Source: Octopus sinensis (lineage: Eukaryota). Taken from it: a stretch of DNA of 64,000 nt. Where the stretch lies: positions 10,540,001 to 10,604,000 of the forward strand of contig NC_043021.1 in NCBI RefSeq assembly GCF_006345805.1. Direction: 5' to 3'. Within the stretch, counting starts at the first letter, position 1. Each line of letters begins with the position of its first letter. The translations under genes were made by a program, and so were the position numbers. Below the pieces are notes generated by a model that saw nothing but the letters and a program-made list of their open reading frames with translations, made no database searches and was not told where the DNA came from. Shown here one piece after another: positions 11,405-23,776 of the stretch.

Positions 11405-11774
11405 CATCATCATCATTGATTTGACTCAGGTTCATTCTTATTCGTGGTAGAATTTATGTGGGTAACGGGTTACTACCTGTTACCTTAGAAGTATCCATAA
11501 TCTTTTAAGAGATCAAAATAACCTTTCCTCTCCCTAAGAGGCAAACGTTTTGTAGAAGCTCTACAGGCATTCTATTCCAATCTCTTTCAACCAGTTATCT
11601 ATATCTTTGCTTCAGTTCCCAATGCACCAATTTTTATAGGCACAACCCTTACAATTTTCATATTTCAAATTTTAAGGGAATGTGTTTTTTTTTTGTCTTT
11701 CTTTACAATCCTGAAATCAAATGGACATGATGGATCAATTAGTTAAGATATTACTATTATTATTATTATCATCA

Positions 11775-11816
<42 letters not shown>

Positions 11817-11817
11817 T

Positions 11818-12210
11818 ACTCTTTTACTCTTTCACTTGTTTCAGTCATTTGACTGTGGCCATGCTGGAGCACCACCTTTAGTCGAGCAAATCGACTCCAG
11901 GACTTATTCTTTGTAAGCCTAGTACTTATTCTATCGGTCTCTTTTGCCGAACCGCTAAGTTATGGGGATGTAAATACACCAGCATCAGTTGTCAAGCGAT
12001 GTTGGGGGGGACAAACACAAACACACACACACATATATACATATATACGACAGGCTTCTTTCAGTTTCTGTCTACCAAATCCACTCACAAGGCTTTGGTT
12101 GGCCTGAGGCTATAGTAGAAGACACTTGCCTGAGGTGCCACGCAATGGGACTGAACCCAGAACCATGTGATTGGTAAGCAAGTCACTTACCACACAGCCA
12201 CTCCTGCTCC
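11818..12210 (-). mobile_element. SINE family A, near-complete
   Basis: Full reverse-complement copy from the ggagcaggagtggctgtgtggtaag head to the agtaaaagagta tail. Confidence 0.9.
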
Positions 12211-12225
12211 TATAAACGATAAGCG

Positions 12226-12290
12226 TTTCCATGCCGGGAATCGAACCCGGGCCGCCTGGGCGAAAGCCAAGAATCCTAACCACTAGACTA
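12226..12290 (-). pseudogene. tRNA-Glu(TTC) pseudogene lacking the 5' acceptor strand
   Basis: Minus strand TA GTCT AGTGGTT AGGAT T CTTGG CTTTCGC CCAGG CGGC CCGGG TTCGATT CCCGG CATGGAA A: D, anticodon (TTC) and T arms intact; positions 1-7 (AGAATAA) cannot pair with CATGGAA. Confidence 0.8.
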
Positions 12291-13122
12291 TTATTCTAAT
12301 AATAATAAATTGATTTCTGTATTTTTAATCATTTGAGAGAAAGCATTGTTTTCTAATGACATTGGTTAATAGTAACTTTATGATTATCTTTTACTTGATA
12401 AAGTAATATTTTTTTCTTTTCTTATTTTTCTTTGTTTTGGTGTTGTTGTTGTTGTTATTCCATGTAACTGTGTGATAACGAATGATTTATCAGAAAGAAG
12501 AATCTCAGTCAAAGTTAACTCTCTTCAAAGATTATTTTTTATTCTCCTTTTCTTTTGCTTCTCTTGCTTGTGGTAGTAGTAGCAGCAAACAATTCTTTTT
12601 CGTTTTGCTTTTGCATGCATCTGTCTTTTTCTTTTTTTTTTTTTTTTTTTTTTTTTTTTGTCGTATTCATTCATTCATTCAGTCATTCACTCATTTATTC
12701 ATTCATTCCTCTCTGCTGTCTGACATCAGCTGAGACAACAAGGACAAGCAATACTCATGAACATAATAAAAACAGACAACTGTTTTACAATGAGCCAACC
12801 AACCAGCTAGGCAATGCAGAGTGGAGCTGAAAAAAGTATCAAATGGATGGGTGACTTGAAGGCTTTCAGCATTTTTAATGAGGAGGAAAATTTAGTGTTG
12901 ATGGGGGGGGGGGGATTTAAAGGGCAGTGAAAAATGATGCTTCTGTTTGTAAGCTAATTGTTATTCAGAAGGATGCAAACTTTTACATACACACATCAAT
13001 GTACATATATACATCTTATTCTCTCTCCCCTTATCTCACACATACAAACACTTTCTCTTTTTCTCTGTTTTTCTCTCACACATACATGTATACACAAATA
13101 CATGCACACATATAATTACATT

Positions 13123-13338
13123 CAAGGGGGTGCTGAAAAGTTCCTGGCTTTAAGGGTATTGTGAAAGGCCTGAATGGTGGCCCAACTTTCCAAGTTCTTT
13201 CAGAGGGCTTAGAAAAACTGAAGGACCTCTGCAATAAGTGTGTGAATCTGAAAGAGGAACATGTCAAATAAAATCATAATTAACTGATCCTCTTGTATTT
13301 TTTTTACCCAAGGCCAGGAACTTTTCAGCACTCCCTCA
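13123..13338 (+). mobile_element. mariner-derived MITE
   Basis: TIR CAAGGGGGTGCTGAAAAGTTCCTGG / CCAGGAACTTTTCAGCACTCCCTCA; retains transposase C-terminal codons (GLEKLKDLCNKCVNLKEEHVK*). Confidence 0.82.
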
Positions 13339-13340
13339 TA

Positions 13341-13740
13341 TACTCTTTACTCTTTACTTTTTTCAGTCATTTGACTGCGGCCATGCTGGAGCACCACCTT
13401 TTTGTCCAGCAAATTGACCCCAGGACTTATTCTTTGTAAGCCTAGTACTTATTCTATCGGTCTCTTTTGCCGAACCGCTAAGTTACAGGGACATAAACAC
13501 ATCACCATCGGCTGTCAAGTGATGTTGGGGAGACAAACACAGACACACAAACATATACACACTCATACATACATATATATGTACATATATAAGATGGGCT
13601 TCTTCCAGTTTCCGTCTACCAAATCCACTCACTAAGCTTTGGTTGGCCCGAGGCTATAGTAGAAGACACTTGCCCAAGGTGCCACGCAGTGGGACTGTGG
13701 TTGGGGAGCAATCTTCTTACCAGAGAGCCACTCCTGCACC
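13341..13740 (-). mobile_element. SINE family A
   Basis: Reverse-complement copy with a small internal deletion. Confidence 0.88.
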
Positions 13741-14670
13741 TATATATGTACAAATATGCTTAGTTTCAGACTTGGTTCTTCTAATTCTTCATTGGAATCA
13801 TCACCATCATTTAATGTCTCTTTTCCATGCTAGCATGAGTCAGATTGGATGACAGGATGATGAGCAAAACAGCTGCATTGGGCCCCATGACAGTTTTGGC
13901 ATGGTCTCTACAGCTGGCACAGTGTGTGCCAGTTGCTTTTATGTGCCACCAACACCAATGGGGGTCATGAAGTAACTTTCAAGACAGGAAAGGACAAGTG
14001 AAGGTAAAAAGGGGGCAAAGAAGAAGGGCTCTTAACCCATATAACGTTAATAGGGACTCCATTGGAGCTGACTGATATTGGTCCCAATTTTGTTCTTCTT
14101 GCAGAGTATTTGACTGGTTCTTTGGTCCTTCTTCAGTTGCACCTCTTTCTTTACTGCTTTCTGAGGCCGCCTCTTTGCACTTCACATAGTGGCCCCTTAT
14201 GCCAGAAGACAGACAATGTGTGCTTGTTCTTCCTCTCCTGATGCCTGCAACAGTTTCCTTTAAATATGCTATTCTTGCATTTGTCACTGCTCTGTTATTT
14301 CTAATGCTGAAGTTTGTCTGTTTTGATAACCTTTTTACCAGCTGACCTATTTGACTGAATTCTGTGAAATTCCAAGTATTACTTCAAAGCTATCAGTTGA
14401 AGAAACATCATCCTGCAACACACATACACACACATACACCTCTCTTTCTCTGTCTCTTTCTTTCCCTCTCTCTCTTTCTTTGACATAGAAACACACACAC
14501 ACACACACACACACCTCTTTCTTTCACTTCTCTCTCTTTGACATAGAAACTGTGTCCTGATATTTCAATCTTTTTGTTTTCCCTACAGTATGCAAAATAT
14601 TTGAAATTCACAAACTTCATGGGTGCAAGAATGGCTGCTGTGTAGGAAGATGTTTGCTTCCAAGCTTCAT

Positions 14671-14970
14671 AGTGGAGGCACATGGCCTAGTGGTTAGATC
14701 AGCGGTCGAGGGATCGCGGGTTTGAATCTCAGACCAGGCGATGTGTGTGTTTATGAGCGAAACACCTAAGCTCATTGCGGCTCCAGCAGAAGGTAATGGC
14801 AAACTTCTGCTGACTCTTTCGCCACAACTTTCTCTCACTCTTTCCTCCTGCATCTTGCAGCTCACCTGCGACGGACTGGCGTCCCATCCAGGTGGGAAAC
14901 CTATACGTCAAGGAAACCGGGAAACCGGCCCTTATGAGCGAAGCATGGCTTAAGAAGGAACAAACAGCAA
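14671..14970 (+). mobile_element. SINE family C variant with an alternative 3' tail, inserted into a family A copy
   Basis: Head like 7216/49356 but a different tail; 10-bp TSD CAAGCTTCAT at 14661-14670 and 14971-14980. Confidence 0.82.
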
Positions 14971-15352
14971 CAAGCTTCATGGTTCCAGATTTAGTCCCAC
15001 ACTCTTCTACTACAACTCTGGGTTGACCAAAGCCTTATGACTGGTTGCCCCTCCCTCCCACACACCACCACTTGATAACTAGTGTTGGTTTGTTTACGTT
15101 CCTGTAACAGCAGCTCAGCAAAAGAAGCTGATGGAATAAGTACTGGGCGAAAAATATGTACTGGGGTTGATTTGTTTGACTAAGCACTCCAAGTTTGTGC
15201 TGACAGAGTTTGTCACCACTGCCTATGGGAAACATTGAATTAGTGATTTGTAAGGATACATAAGGATAAAATATCCCGGAAACAGACCTTCCCTTTATAA
15301 ATGTTCTGAAAACGATTCACAGCCTTGGATTTTTTAATCGCATTCTGTTAAT

Positions 15353-15393
<41 letters not shown>

Positions 15394-15410
15394 TACTCAC
15401 ACACATATAT

Positions 15411-15636
15411 ATTTCTTTACTACCCACAAGGGGCTAAACACAGAGGGGACAAACAAGGACAGACAAAGGGATTAAGTCGATTACATCGACCCCAGTGCAT
15501 AACTGGTACTTAATTTATTGACCCCGAAAGGATGAAAGGCAAAGTCGACCTCGGCGGAATTTGAACTCGGAACGTAACGACAGACGAAATACGGCTACGT
15601 AGGTCGCCCGGCGTGCTAATGTTTCTGCCAGCTCAC
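15411..15636 (-). mobile_element. SINE family B
   Basis: Full reverse-complement copy. Confidence 0.88.
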
Positions 15637-15817
15637 CACATATGTGCTAATGTTTCTGCCATACTCACACACATATATGATGGGCTTCTTTCAGCTTCTG
15701 TTTACCAAATCCACTCACAAGGCTTCAGTTGGCCCGAGGCTATAGTAGAGGGCACTTGCCCAAGGTGTCACGCAGTGGGACTGAACCTGGAACCGTGTGG
15801 TTGGGAAGCGAGCTTCT

Positions 15818-16050
15818 TATTTCTTTATTGCCCACATGGAGCCAAACATAGAGGGGAACGACAAGGATAGGTATATGGACTAAGTCGATTATATCGACCC
15901 CAGTGCGTAACTGGTACTTAATTTATCGACCTCGAAAGGATAAAAGGCAAAGTCGATCTCAGCGGAATTTGAACTGAGAATATAACAGCAGACGAAATAC
16001 CGCTAAGCATTTCGTCTGGCATGCTAATGTTTCTGCCAGCTCACCACCTT
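15818..16050 (-). mobile_element. SINE family B nested in a family A copy
   Basis: Flanked by imperfect duplication gaagcgagcttctt / aaagcaagtttctt. Confidence 0.85.
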
Positions 16051-16094
16051 AAAAAGCAAGTTTCTTACCACACAGCCATGCCTATGCCTAATCA

Positions 16095-16520
16095 TCATCA
16101 TCATCATCGTTTTACGTCTGTTCTCCATGCTAGCATGGGTTGGACGGTTCGACCGGGGATCTGGGAAGCCAGAAGGCTGCACCAGGCTCCAGTCTTATCT
16201 GGCAATGTTTCTACAGCTGGATGCCCTTCCTAACGCCAACCACTCCGTGAGTGTAGTGGGTGCTTTTTACATGCCACCTGCACAGGTGCCAGGTGAGGCT
16301 GGCAACGGCCATGGTCGGATTGGTGTATTTTATGTGCCACCGTCACGGAAGCCAGTCGAGGCGGTGCTGGCATCGGCCACGAGTCGGATAGTGCTTTTTA
16401 CGTACCACCAGACCAGGGATCCTGGCTGGTTCAATTCGATTTTGCTTTCGCTTTCCCCAAGAATCTTATATGGGTCTGGTTTACAACCTCTGATCTAACC
16501 CATGCTACTATGGAAAAATA
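16095..16520 (-). mobile_element. RTE LINE 3'-end copy with (GAT)n tail
   Basis: (CAT)n-cgttt...ccatgctagcatgggttgg...ggatgcccttcctaacgcc is the reverse complement of the terminus of the RTE at 36540-36704. Confidence 0.85.
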
Positions 16521-16824
16521 GATGTAAAACAGAATGAACAAATGAATATATACTGTTCATTTTTTTGTTGTGGCTGTGTATGATTACTCTTAATGAGACT
16601 TTGGTTCTATGCACTAATTTGCTTAATGAAGTGAGTTGTGAATGAATGAGTTATGGTTTTCAATTTAATTATGCTAATCTCTATGATTATCTTATGATTA
16701 GGAAATATGAGGGAGATTAAATGGTAGATAATGATTTGAAGCAGTTACGTCAGGTGTAGCAGAATTCAGAGTTTCTTCCTCTGTGTATCAAGAATAAAAA
16801 TTACACGATGCATTTATAAATAGG

Positions 16825-17330
16825 CACAGGTGTGGCTGTGTGGTGTGAGGTTTGGTTCCCAACCATATGATTCTGGGTTCAATCCCATGCAGAGTGCTAG
16901 CCAAAGCCTTGTGAGTGGATTTTGTAGATAGAAACTGAAATAAAGCCTGTGGTGAATAGGTGTGGTAAGAAGCTTGCTTCCCAACCACATGGTTCTGGGT
17001 TCAGTCCCACTGCATGGCACCTTGGGCAAGCGTCTTCTACTGTAGCCTCAGGCTGACCAAAGCCTTGTGAGTAGATTTGGTAGACGGAAACTGAAAGAAG
17101 CCCATCGAATATATGTATATATATCTATGTGTGTGTGTCCTTGAGTCTGTGTTTGTGCCCCACATCACTGCTTGACAACTGGTGTTGGCATGTTTATGTC
17201 TCCGTAACTTAGCAGTTCAGCATAAGAGACTGATAGAATAAGTATGAGGGTTAAAAAAAAAAAAATCCTGGAGTTGATTTATTTGACTAAAATTCTTCAT
17301 GGCTGCAGTCAAAATGACTGAAACAAGTTG
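16825..17330 (+). mobile_element. SINE family A with a duplicated head
   Basis: Two heads (about 16825 and 16960) followed by the body and tail. Confidence 0.8.
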
Positions 17331-18334
17331 TCTGTAGAGTTGGTGTCTTCCAGTAGAGGGTCTTCAATAGGATCCAAGCCTGGGCAGTATGATATGGAGA
17401 GCAGGGTGTTGCCTATGCAGCATTTCCTCCGCTCTCTACGTCACTGATGGCTCCAAAGAACACCATGGCTATAACAATTTGGCACCAGTGTTGTCACAGG
17501 AGTCACAAGAATGAGGTTGTTGATAATGTTAAATTTCCACAGGACACCAGCCCTCGATTTTCCTTCAGAGTTTACTCTCTAATCCTTTAACAAGGGTAGG
17601 TATGGCCACAAAGCAGCATCATATTAGCATCCGGGTTTTCTTCCCCAAAACTAGTTGCCTGGTCTTCCCAGGCTAACATTTTCCCTCTCTCCTATTGACT
17701 TGCTGATTAACCCACAGCTGGGATCATGATGGGTACTACTACTCCAGGTCAGAATAGATCAGAGTTGCTAAGAGGTGGTTCCATACTCTACAAGACCATG
17801 GAACTGTAAACCATTTTCCCTCTCCCAAATCCAGTTTATAGTCATATCTGGAACCTAGATTATACAACCTAGCTAAAGAAGTATTATGGTATGGCTATCG
17901 AATCACCGTCCTTCATAAGTGTTATATATATTTACATACACATACCAGTTGGTTGACAATCAACGTAGTATATGCAAGTGGGTTAATATCATTCTATATA
18001 TATGTAGCTGGTGGTACAAGGATATATTGTATCAGTGTGTTGTTTATAATCAAATTCACACATAACGTTGGCATGTGTGTATATATTGATTTGTTCTATG
18101 TTCAACAATACATCAAAGCATCAGACATACAAACACACATATATACATACACACACACACACACACATACATACAAACACACATATATACATACACACAC
18201 ACACACACACATACATACATACACTCATACATACATACACTCATACATACATACACTCATACAAATACATACACATACAAATACGCACATACAAATACAC
18301 ACACATATAAATACATACATATAGATACATACAT

Positions 18335-18371
<37 letters not shown>

Positions 18372-18399
18372 TACACACATACATTTATACACACATTGG

Positions 18400-18710
18400 T
18401 ACTCTGTTGTGTGTTCCAAGTTGATCTGATTAACGAGACAGCCTGCTCATGAAATTAAAGTGCAAGTGGTTGAGTGCTCCACAGACATGTGTACTCTTAA
18501 CATAGTTCTTGGGGAGATCCAGCATGACACAATATGAGAAGGTTGACTCTTTGAAATACAGGTACTACTTGTTTTTGCCAGCTGAGTGGACTGAGGTAAT
18601 GTGAAATAAAGTGCTTTGCTCAAGGACAACAATGCACCACCAAGAATCGAACTCACAACGTTATGATTATGATCTGAATACCCCTATCCACTAAGCCATA
18701 TGCCTTCACA
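18400..18710 (-). mobile_element. tRNA-derived SINE family D
   Basis: Reverse complement of tggcttagtgg..ttcgattctt..ttgagcaaagcactttatttcac..cagtccactcagctg; homologous to 61866-62157. Confidence 0.75.
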
Positions 18711-18719
18711 TAAACACAT

Positions 18720-18776
<57 letters not shown>

Positions 18777-18779
18777 TAT

Positions 18780-18880
18780 GAGAGGATGTCGAAAGGAGAT
18801 TATGCTGAATAAAATCATAATTAACTGATTCTCCTGTATTTTCTTTTATTCAAAGCCAGAAACTTTTCAACATCCCCTCG
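18780..18880 (+). mobile_element. mariner MITE, internally deleted copy
   Basis: Both TIR remnants plus aaaatcataattaactgat shared with 13123 and 19130. Confidence 0.65.
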
Positions 18881-18914
18881 TATATATATATACACACACA
18901 TATACATATATATG

Positions 18915-18976
<62 letters not shown>

Positions 18977-18984
18977 CACGCATA

Positions 18985-19019
<35 letters not shown>

Positions 19020-19129
19020 GCATATTCATATAATATATATATATATATATATATACATACAAATACATACATATATATAAATATATATATATATATGTAT
19101 GTATACACACACACTCACGCACATATATA

Positions 19130-19351
19130 CGAGAGGGTGCTGATAAGTTCCTGGTTTTAAGGGTATTGTGAGAGGCTTGGTTGGAGGCCCAATCTTCCTA
19201 GTCCTTTTACAGGGCTTTGAAAGACTGCAGGACCGCTGCAATAAGTATGTGAATCTGAGAGGGGAATATGTTGAGTAAAATCATAATTAACTGATCCTCC
19301 TGTATTCTCTTTTACTGAAAGCCAGGAACTTTACACTTTGTATCCCCTTCA
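19130..19351 (+). mobile_element. mariner-derived MITE
   Basis: TA|CGAGAGGGTGCTGATAAGTTCCTGG TIR; encodes FYRALKRLQDRCNKYVNLRGEYVE*, a typical mariner transposase C-terminus. Confidence 0.85.
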
Positions 19352-19689
19352 TATCGCTGTCAGATGTTGTTATACACTGCTAACCACTGTGCTTTTTCAC
19401 ATTGTTGTAGTTCTTGAATGATGTCCCCACCTCCAACTGGCTATGCAAACAGGCCAACATTCCCCTTAAACATAATACCAGTGTGTCATAGAGTTACCTG
19501 TTTACAGCTGAGTGGACTGAAGCAACATGAAATGAAGTGTTTTTCTCAAGAACACAATGCACAGCTGGTCTGGGAATTGTGGGAATTGAAATCAAGGTCT
19601 TGTTATTAACAGTCACACACACGACATACACATCATCACCACCACCACTACCAACATAGCATATGTAACAGATGGACAAGTGTGTAAGG

Positions 19690-19920
19690 TGGCGAGGTGG
19701 CAGAATCGTTAGCATGCCGGATGAAATGCTAAGCAGTATTTTGCCTGCCGCTACGTTCTGAGTTCAAATTCCGCCGAGGTTGACTTTGCCTTTCGTCCTT
19801 TTCAAGGTTGATTAAATAAGTACCAGTTACGCGCTGGGGTCGATTTAACCGACTTATTCCTTTTGCCTGTCCTTGTTTGTCCTCTCTATGTTTAGCCCTC
19901 TGTGGGCAGTAAAGATATAA
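19690..19920 (+). mobile_element. SINE family B
   Basis: ggcgaggtggcagaatcgttagc...gcctttcgtcctt...gggcagtaaagatata. Confidence 0.85.
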
Positions 19921-20134
19921 ATATCATCAAGTGTGTGTGTATTTGTGTATATGCGTATCATCATCATCATTTATTATCAGTTTTCCATGCTGGCATGGGT
20001 TGGATGGTTTCGCAGGAGCTGGGTAATTGAAGAGTTGTCCTGGTTCCCTGTCTGTTTTGTCATGGTTTCTATGGCTGGATTCCCTTTTTAATGCCAACCT
20101 CTTTACAGAGGTAGTAAGCTGAGTAGTAACTAGG

Positions 20135-20204
20135 TTGTGTGTGTATATATATATATGTGTATATATATGTGTATATATATATGTATATATATATGTATAT
20201 GTAT

Positions 20205-20272
<68 letters not shown>

Positions 20273-20441
20273 GTGTATATGTATATATATATATATGTGT
20301 ATATGTATATATATATATATGTGTATATGTATATATATATATATGTGTATATGTATATATATATATATGTGTATATGTATATATATATATATGTGTATAT
20401 GTATGTATATATATATATGTATATATATATATGTGTATATG

Positions 20442-20472
<31 letters not shown>

Positions 20473-20481
20473 GTGTATATG

Positions 20482-20512
<31 letters not shown>

Positions 20513-20773
20513 GTGTATATGTATATATATATGTGTATATGTATATATATATGTGTATATGTATATATATATGTGTATATGTATATGTATATATGTGTAT
20601 ATGTATATGTATATGTATATATGTGTATATGTATATATATATGTGTATATGTGTATATGTGTATATGTATATATGTGTATATGTATATATATATGTGTAT
20701 ATGTATATATATATATGTTTATATGTATATATATATATGTGTATATATGTATATGTATATATATGTGTATATA

Positions 20774-20804
<31 letters not shown>

Positions 20805-20967
20805 GTGTGTATATGTATATATATATGTGTATATATATGTGTATATATATATATATGTGTATATATATATATATGTGTATGTGTATATATATATATATGT
20901 GTATATGTATGTATATATATATGTGTGTGTGTGTATGTATATATATGTGTGTGTGTGTGTATGTATG

Positions 20968-21005
<38 letters not shown>
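20135..21005. repeat. ~870-bp compound (TA)/(TG) microsatellite
   Basis: Almost pure alternating purine-pyrimidine sequence; source of the I/Y/V/C-rich spurious ORFs. Confidence 0.98.
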
Positions 21006-21006
<1 letters not shown>

Positions 21007-22400
21007 CACAAATGGGCTGAGATTTACTACAGCTGTTTCACGTGTTTTTTATCGATAAACAAATTGCATCATGTAAAAAAAATAAACGAAATTTTTCTTC
21101 AGATGAATAAAAATAAAATTTAACATTTAGGATTTTTCACACAAAGGTGATAGAATGCATATTGACTCACTCGACTCAGTGCTTGTTGAGAGAGTCTATC
21201 AAATCCTGCAAATAATTATCTCACATGCAGAGTGTGTATACACACACACACACTCTGGGCTTCTTTCAGTTTTCCATCTACCAAATCCATTTAAAGCTTG
21301 AATGCTGCAAATAATTATCTGACATGTGTGCGCATGCATACACATATACAAAAACTCTGGGCTTCTTTCAGTTTCCATCTACCAAATCCATTTAAAGCTT
21401 GGTCAGTCTAGGGCTACAAAAGACGACACTCACCTGAGATGCTACACAACTGAACTCAAGCCCACATGACTGGGAAACAAGCTGATATACCTCATTTTAA
21501 AATTTATTTTCCAACTGGGTTATCATAGAAACCAGTATTGTCTTTGGATATTTCATTGATTTTGTAATCATTACAAGTATACCATTAATTTTCCAGAAAC
21601 TTTGCTTCAAACTATTTCTGGATTATTGATTTTACTGAACCAAGGACAGTCACATTCTGAATTACAGAAATATTATACAGTGTGGGCCAAAAGGCATACA
21701 GCAAGACATTTGACAGTTTATCTATATTCTTTTATACTCTAGGCACAAGGCCTGAAATTTTGAGGGAGTGGGTTCAGTCAATTAGATTAACCCCAGTACG
21801 AAACTGGTACTTAATTTATCGACCCCGAAAGGTTGAAAGGCAAAGCCCTCCTTGGTGGAACTTGAACTCATAATGTAAAGACAGACGAAATACCGCTGAG
21901 CATTTTGCCCAGTGAAATTTTCTCTATATTGTGTTATTATTATTATTATTCATTCTGTTCATCATGTACAAGTACGTGTGTATTTGTCATTATTTTATCT
22001 ATTTCTTTCAATTTTTAGAAAAATTGAAGCATATCTTTGACAATTCCAGAGTGTATCAAATTTATTGGTGCACGACTTTTGGCCCACTATTTATTTAAGT
22101 ATTTTACTGTGCAAGTCCAATACATCCACTCAAAATTTCATAAGTCTGAACTGCAGGAAGCAGTTTTATATACGTATCTATCTTTTGTTGAGGAATGTCA
22201 TCTTTGTAACTATTTTCTGTTGAGATATGTCAAGTCTGTTGAAGCAACATAATTTGCAGAAAACACCAATTCTGTTTTTTGGTAGATATTTGACCCTGTT
22301 ACTGAAATAACCTTGAAATTAAATTTTGCAGTGAAAGGGTTAAATAATCAAATGAAATATAAGTACCTGTACATTAGTATAAACAATATAAGTTGATTAA

Positions 22401-22619
22401 CCCTTCTGATACCAACCGGCTGAAACCGCCTCTGGCTCTGTAGTACAAATGTCTTATTTTCAAAAGTTCTGAATTAAAATCTTCGACCAAACCTTAGTCA
22501 CAATTTGTTCCTACCACTAGTTTAATGATAAACTAAATTATTTTACTAATTCTTTGTTATATTTAAAATCAATTGGAAGAAACACAGAGCATCTCAACAG
22601 AAATATGGTAACAAAAGGG
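22401..22619. mobile_element. piggyBac-type MITE, copy 2
   Basis: TTAA|CCCTT ... AAGGG|TTAA with an intact TTAA duplication. Confidence 0.82.
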
Positions 22620-22850
22620 TTAATACCGTGTTAAATAGTTCAAGATACTAGCCTGTGCAAGGTACCTGTAAAGCTGTCTGGCAGCCTTGAGAATTCGAAG
22701 TTTCTGTTTGTAAATTAGTGTGACTTATAAGAGGCTTTGAATGATCAGTGTCTGGTAAGTCAGTGTTGTGTTTGTACTATTTTGATTTGATTTCAAAACG
22801 AAAGGAAAATAACACACAATATTCAATGATTTGTTTTAATCTTTTACCAG

Positions 22851-22904
22851 AAATCCCTGACCCGTTTTGCTGATGCTATGACAGAAGTGATGAAATATTT
22901 TTCA
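22851..22904 (+). CDS. ACAP: ACAP/centaurin-beta ArfGAP, BAR-domain exon (54 nt, phase 0/0): KSLTRFADAMTEVMKYFS
   Basis: ttttaccAG acceptor, GTAAGT donor; aligns by eye to human ACAP2 TSLTKFSDSLQEMINFHT; in frame with the next exon. Confidence 0.9.
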
Positions 22905-22971
22905 GTAAGTACAAATAAATTACTTTATTTTGGATTGGTTAATTAAACATATATAGATTTGTAGACTTTTA

Positions 22972-23368
22972 TCTTTATATATAAAAGTGAAGTTGTGTGT
23001 CTGTCTCCTACGATTTAGATTCCTAACTACTCCCACATTTTGCGGTGCAGTTTAACCAAAACCGGGTATCTTATAGTCGTGATTCATATCGAGCCCTTCT
23101 GGGTATTAGTGCACGTCTACGATGAGTCTACGATTTAAAAAAAAATTTACCATAATTTTTTTACAATTTAATGCATTTTTTCGCTATTATATAAGGGAAG
23201 TAACTCTCTAAAAATGTCTACGATGAGTCAACGATTAAAAAAAAATTTACCATCATTTTTTTTCCATTTTTAATGCATTTTTTTGCTATTTTTTGGCTAT
23301 AACTCTCTAAAAATGCTTATATAGTTATTTCCCTTACAAACCCGAGCAACGCCGGGCGATACTGCTAG
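22972..23368 (+). mobile_element. Non-autonomous Helitron
   Basis: Inserted between A and T; 5' TC, 3' CTAG preceded by the hairpin CCCGAGCAACGCCGGG (23341-23356); internal ~100-bp direct duplication. Confidence 0.88.
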
Positions 23369-23546
23369 TTACTTATAAATAATTAGCAAAAAAAAAAAAA
23401 AGTAACACTATAAGAAACCATTGTAATTACTTCCATTGTAAAAGTATCTTGCAGAGATAGGGGTTTGTGTAGTACACTGCTTGGAAGGTTGCCTGTGATG
23501 ACCCTAAAAAATACCAACAAATGATGGATGCACTAGTTCAGTTCTA

Positions 23547-23774
23547 CTCCTTTATTATCAGTCAGTTGATTAAATTAATCGATCATTTGTTTAACGTGTT
23601 GGTTAAACAGTCTGTCGTTTGTTTTATTTCCGTTTTTCATGAAAGTCCAGTTGAAAAGGTTGCAAATGGCAACCAAATGCCCAATGAAAAACAAAAACAA
23701 TATCAAACGGCTGTTTAGCCAACGAGTTAAACAAACGATCGATTAATTTAACCAATTTACTGATAATAAAGGAG
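23547..23774. mobile_element. Foldback MITE with ~70-bp TIRs
   Basis: ctcctttattatcagtcagttgattaaattaatcgatc... pairs with ...gatcgattaatttaaccaatttactgataataaaggag. Confidence 0.75.
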
Positions 23775-23776
23775 AG

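Noticed and set aside
20130-21058. ~290-307-aa ORFs rich in I/Y/V/C/M
   Set aside because: Translations of a (TA)/(TG) microsatellite; the same holds for ORFs at about 18000-19160, 29725-29946, 37329-37570, 41510-41804 and 44468-44665.
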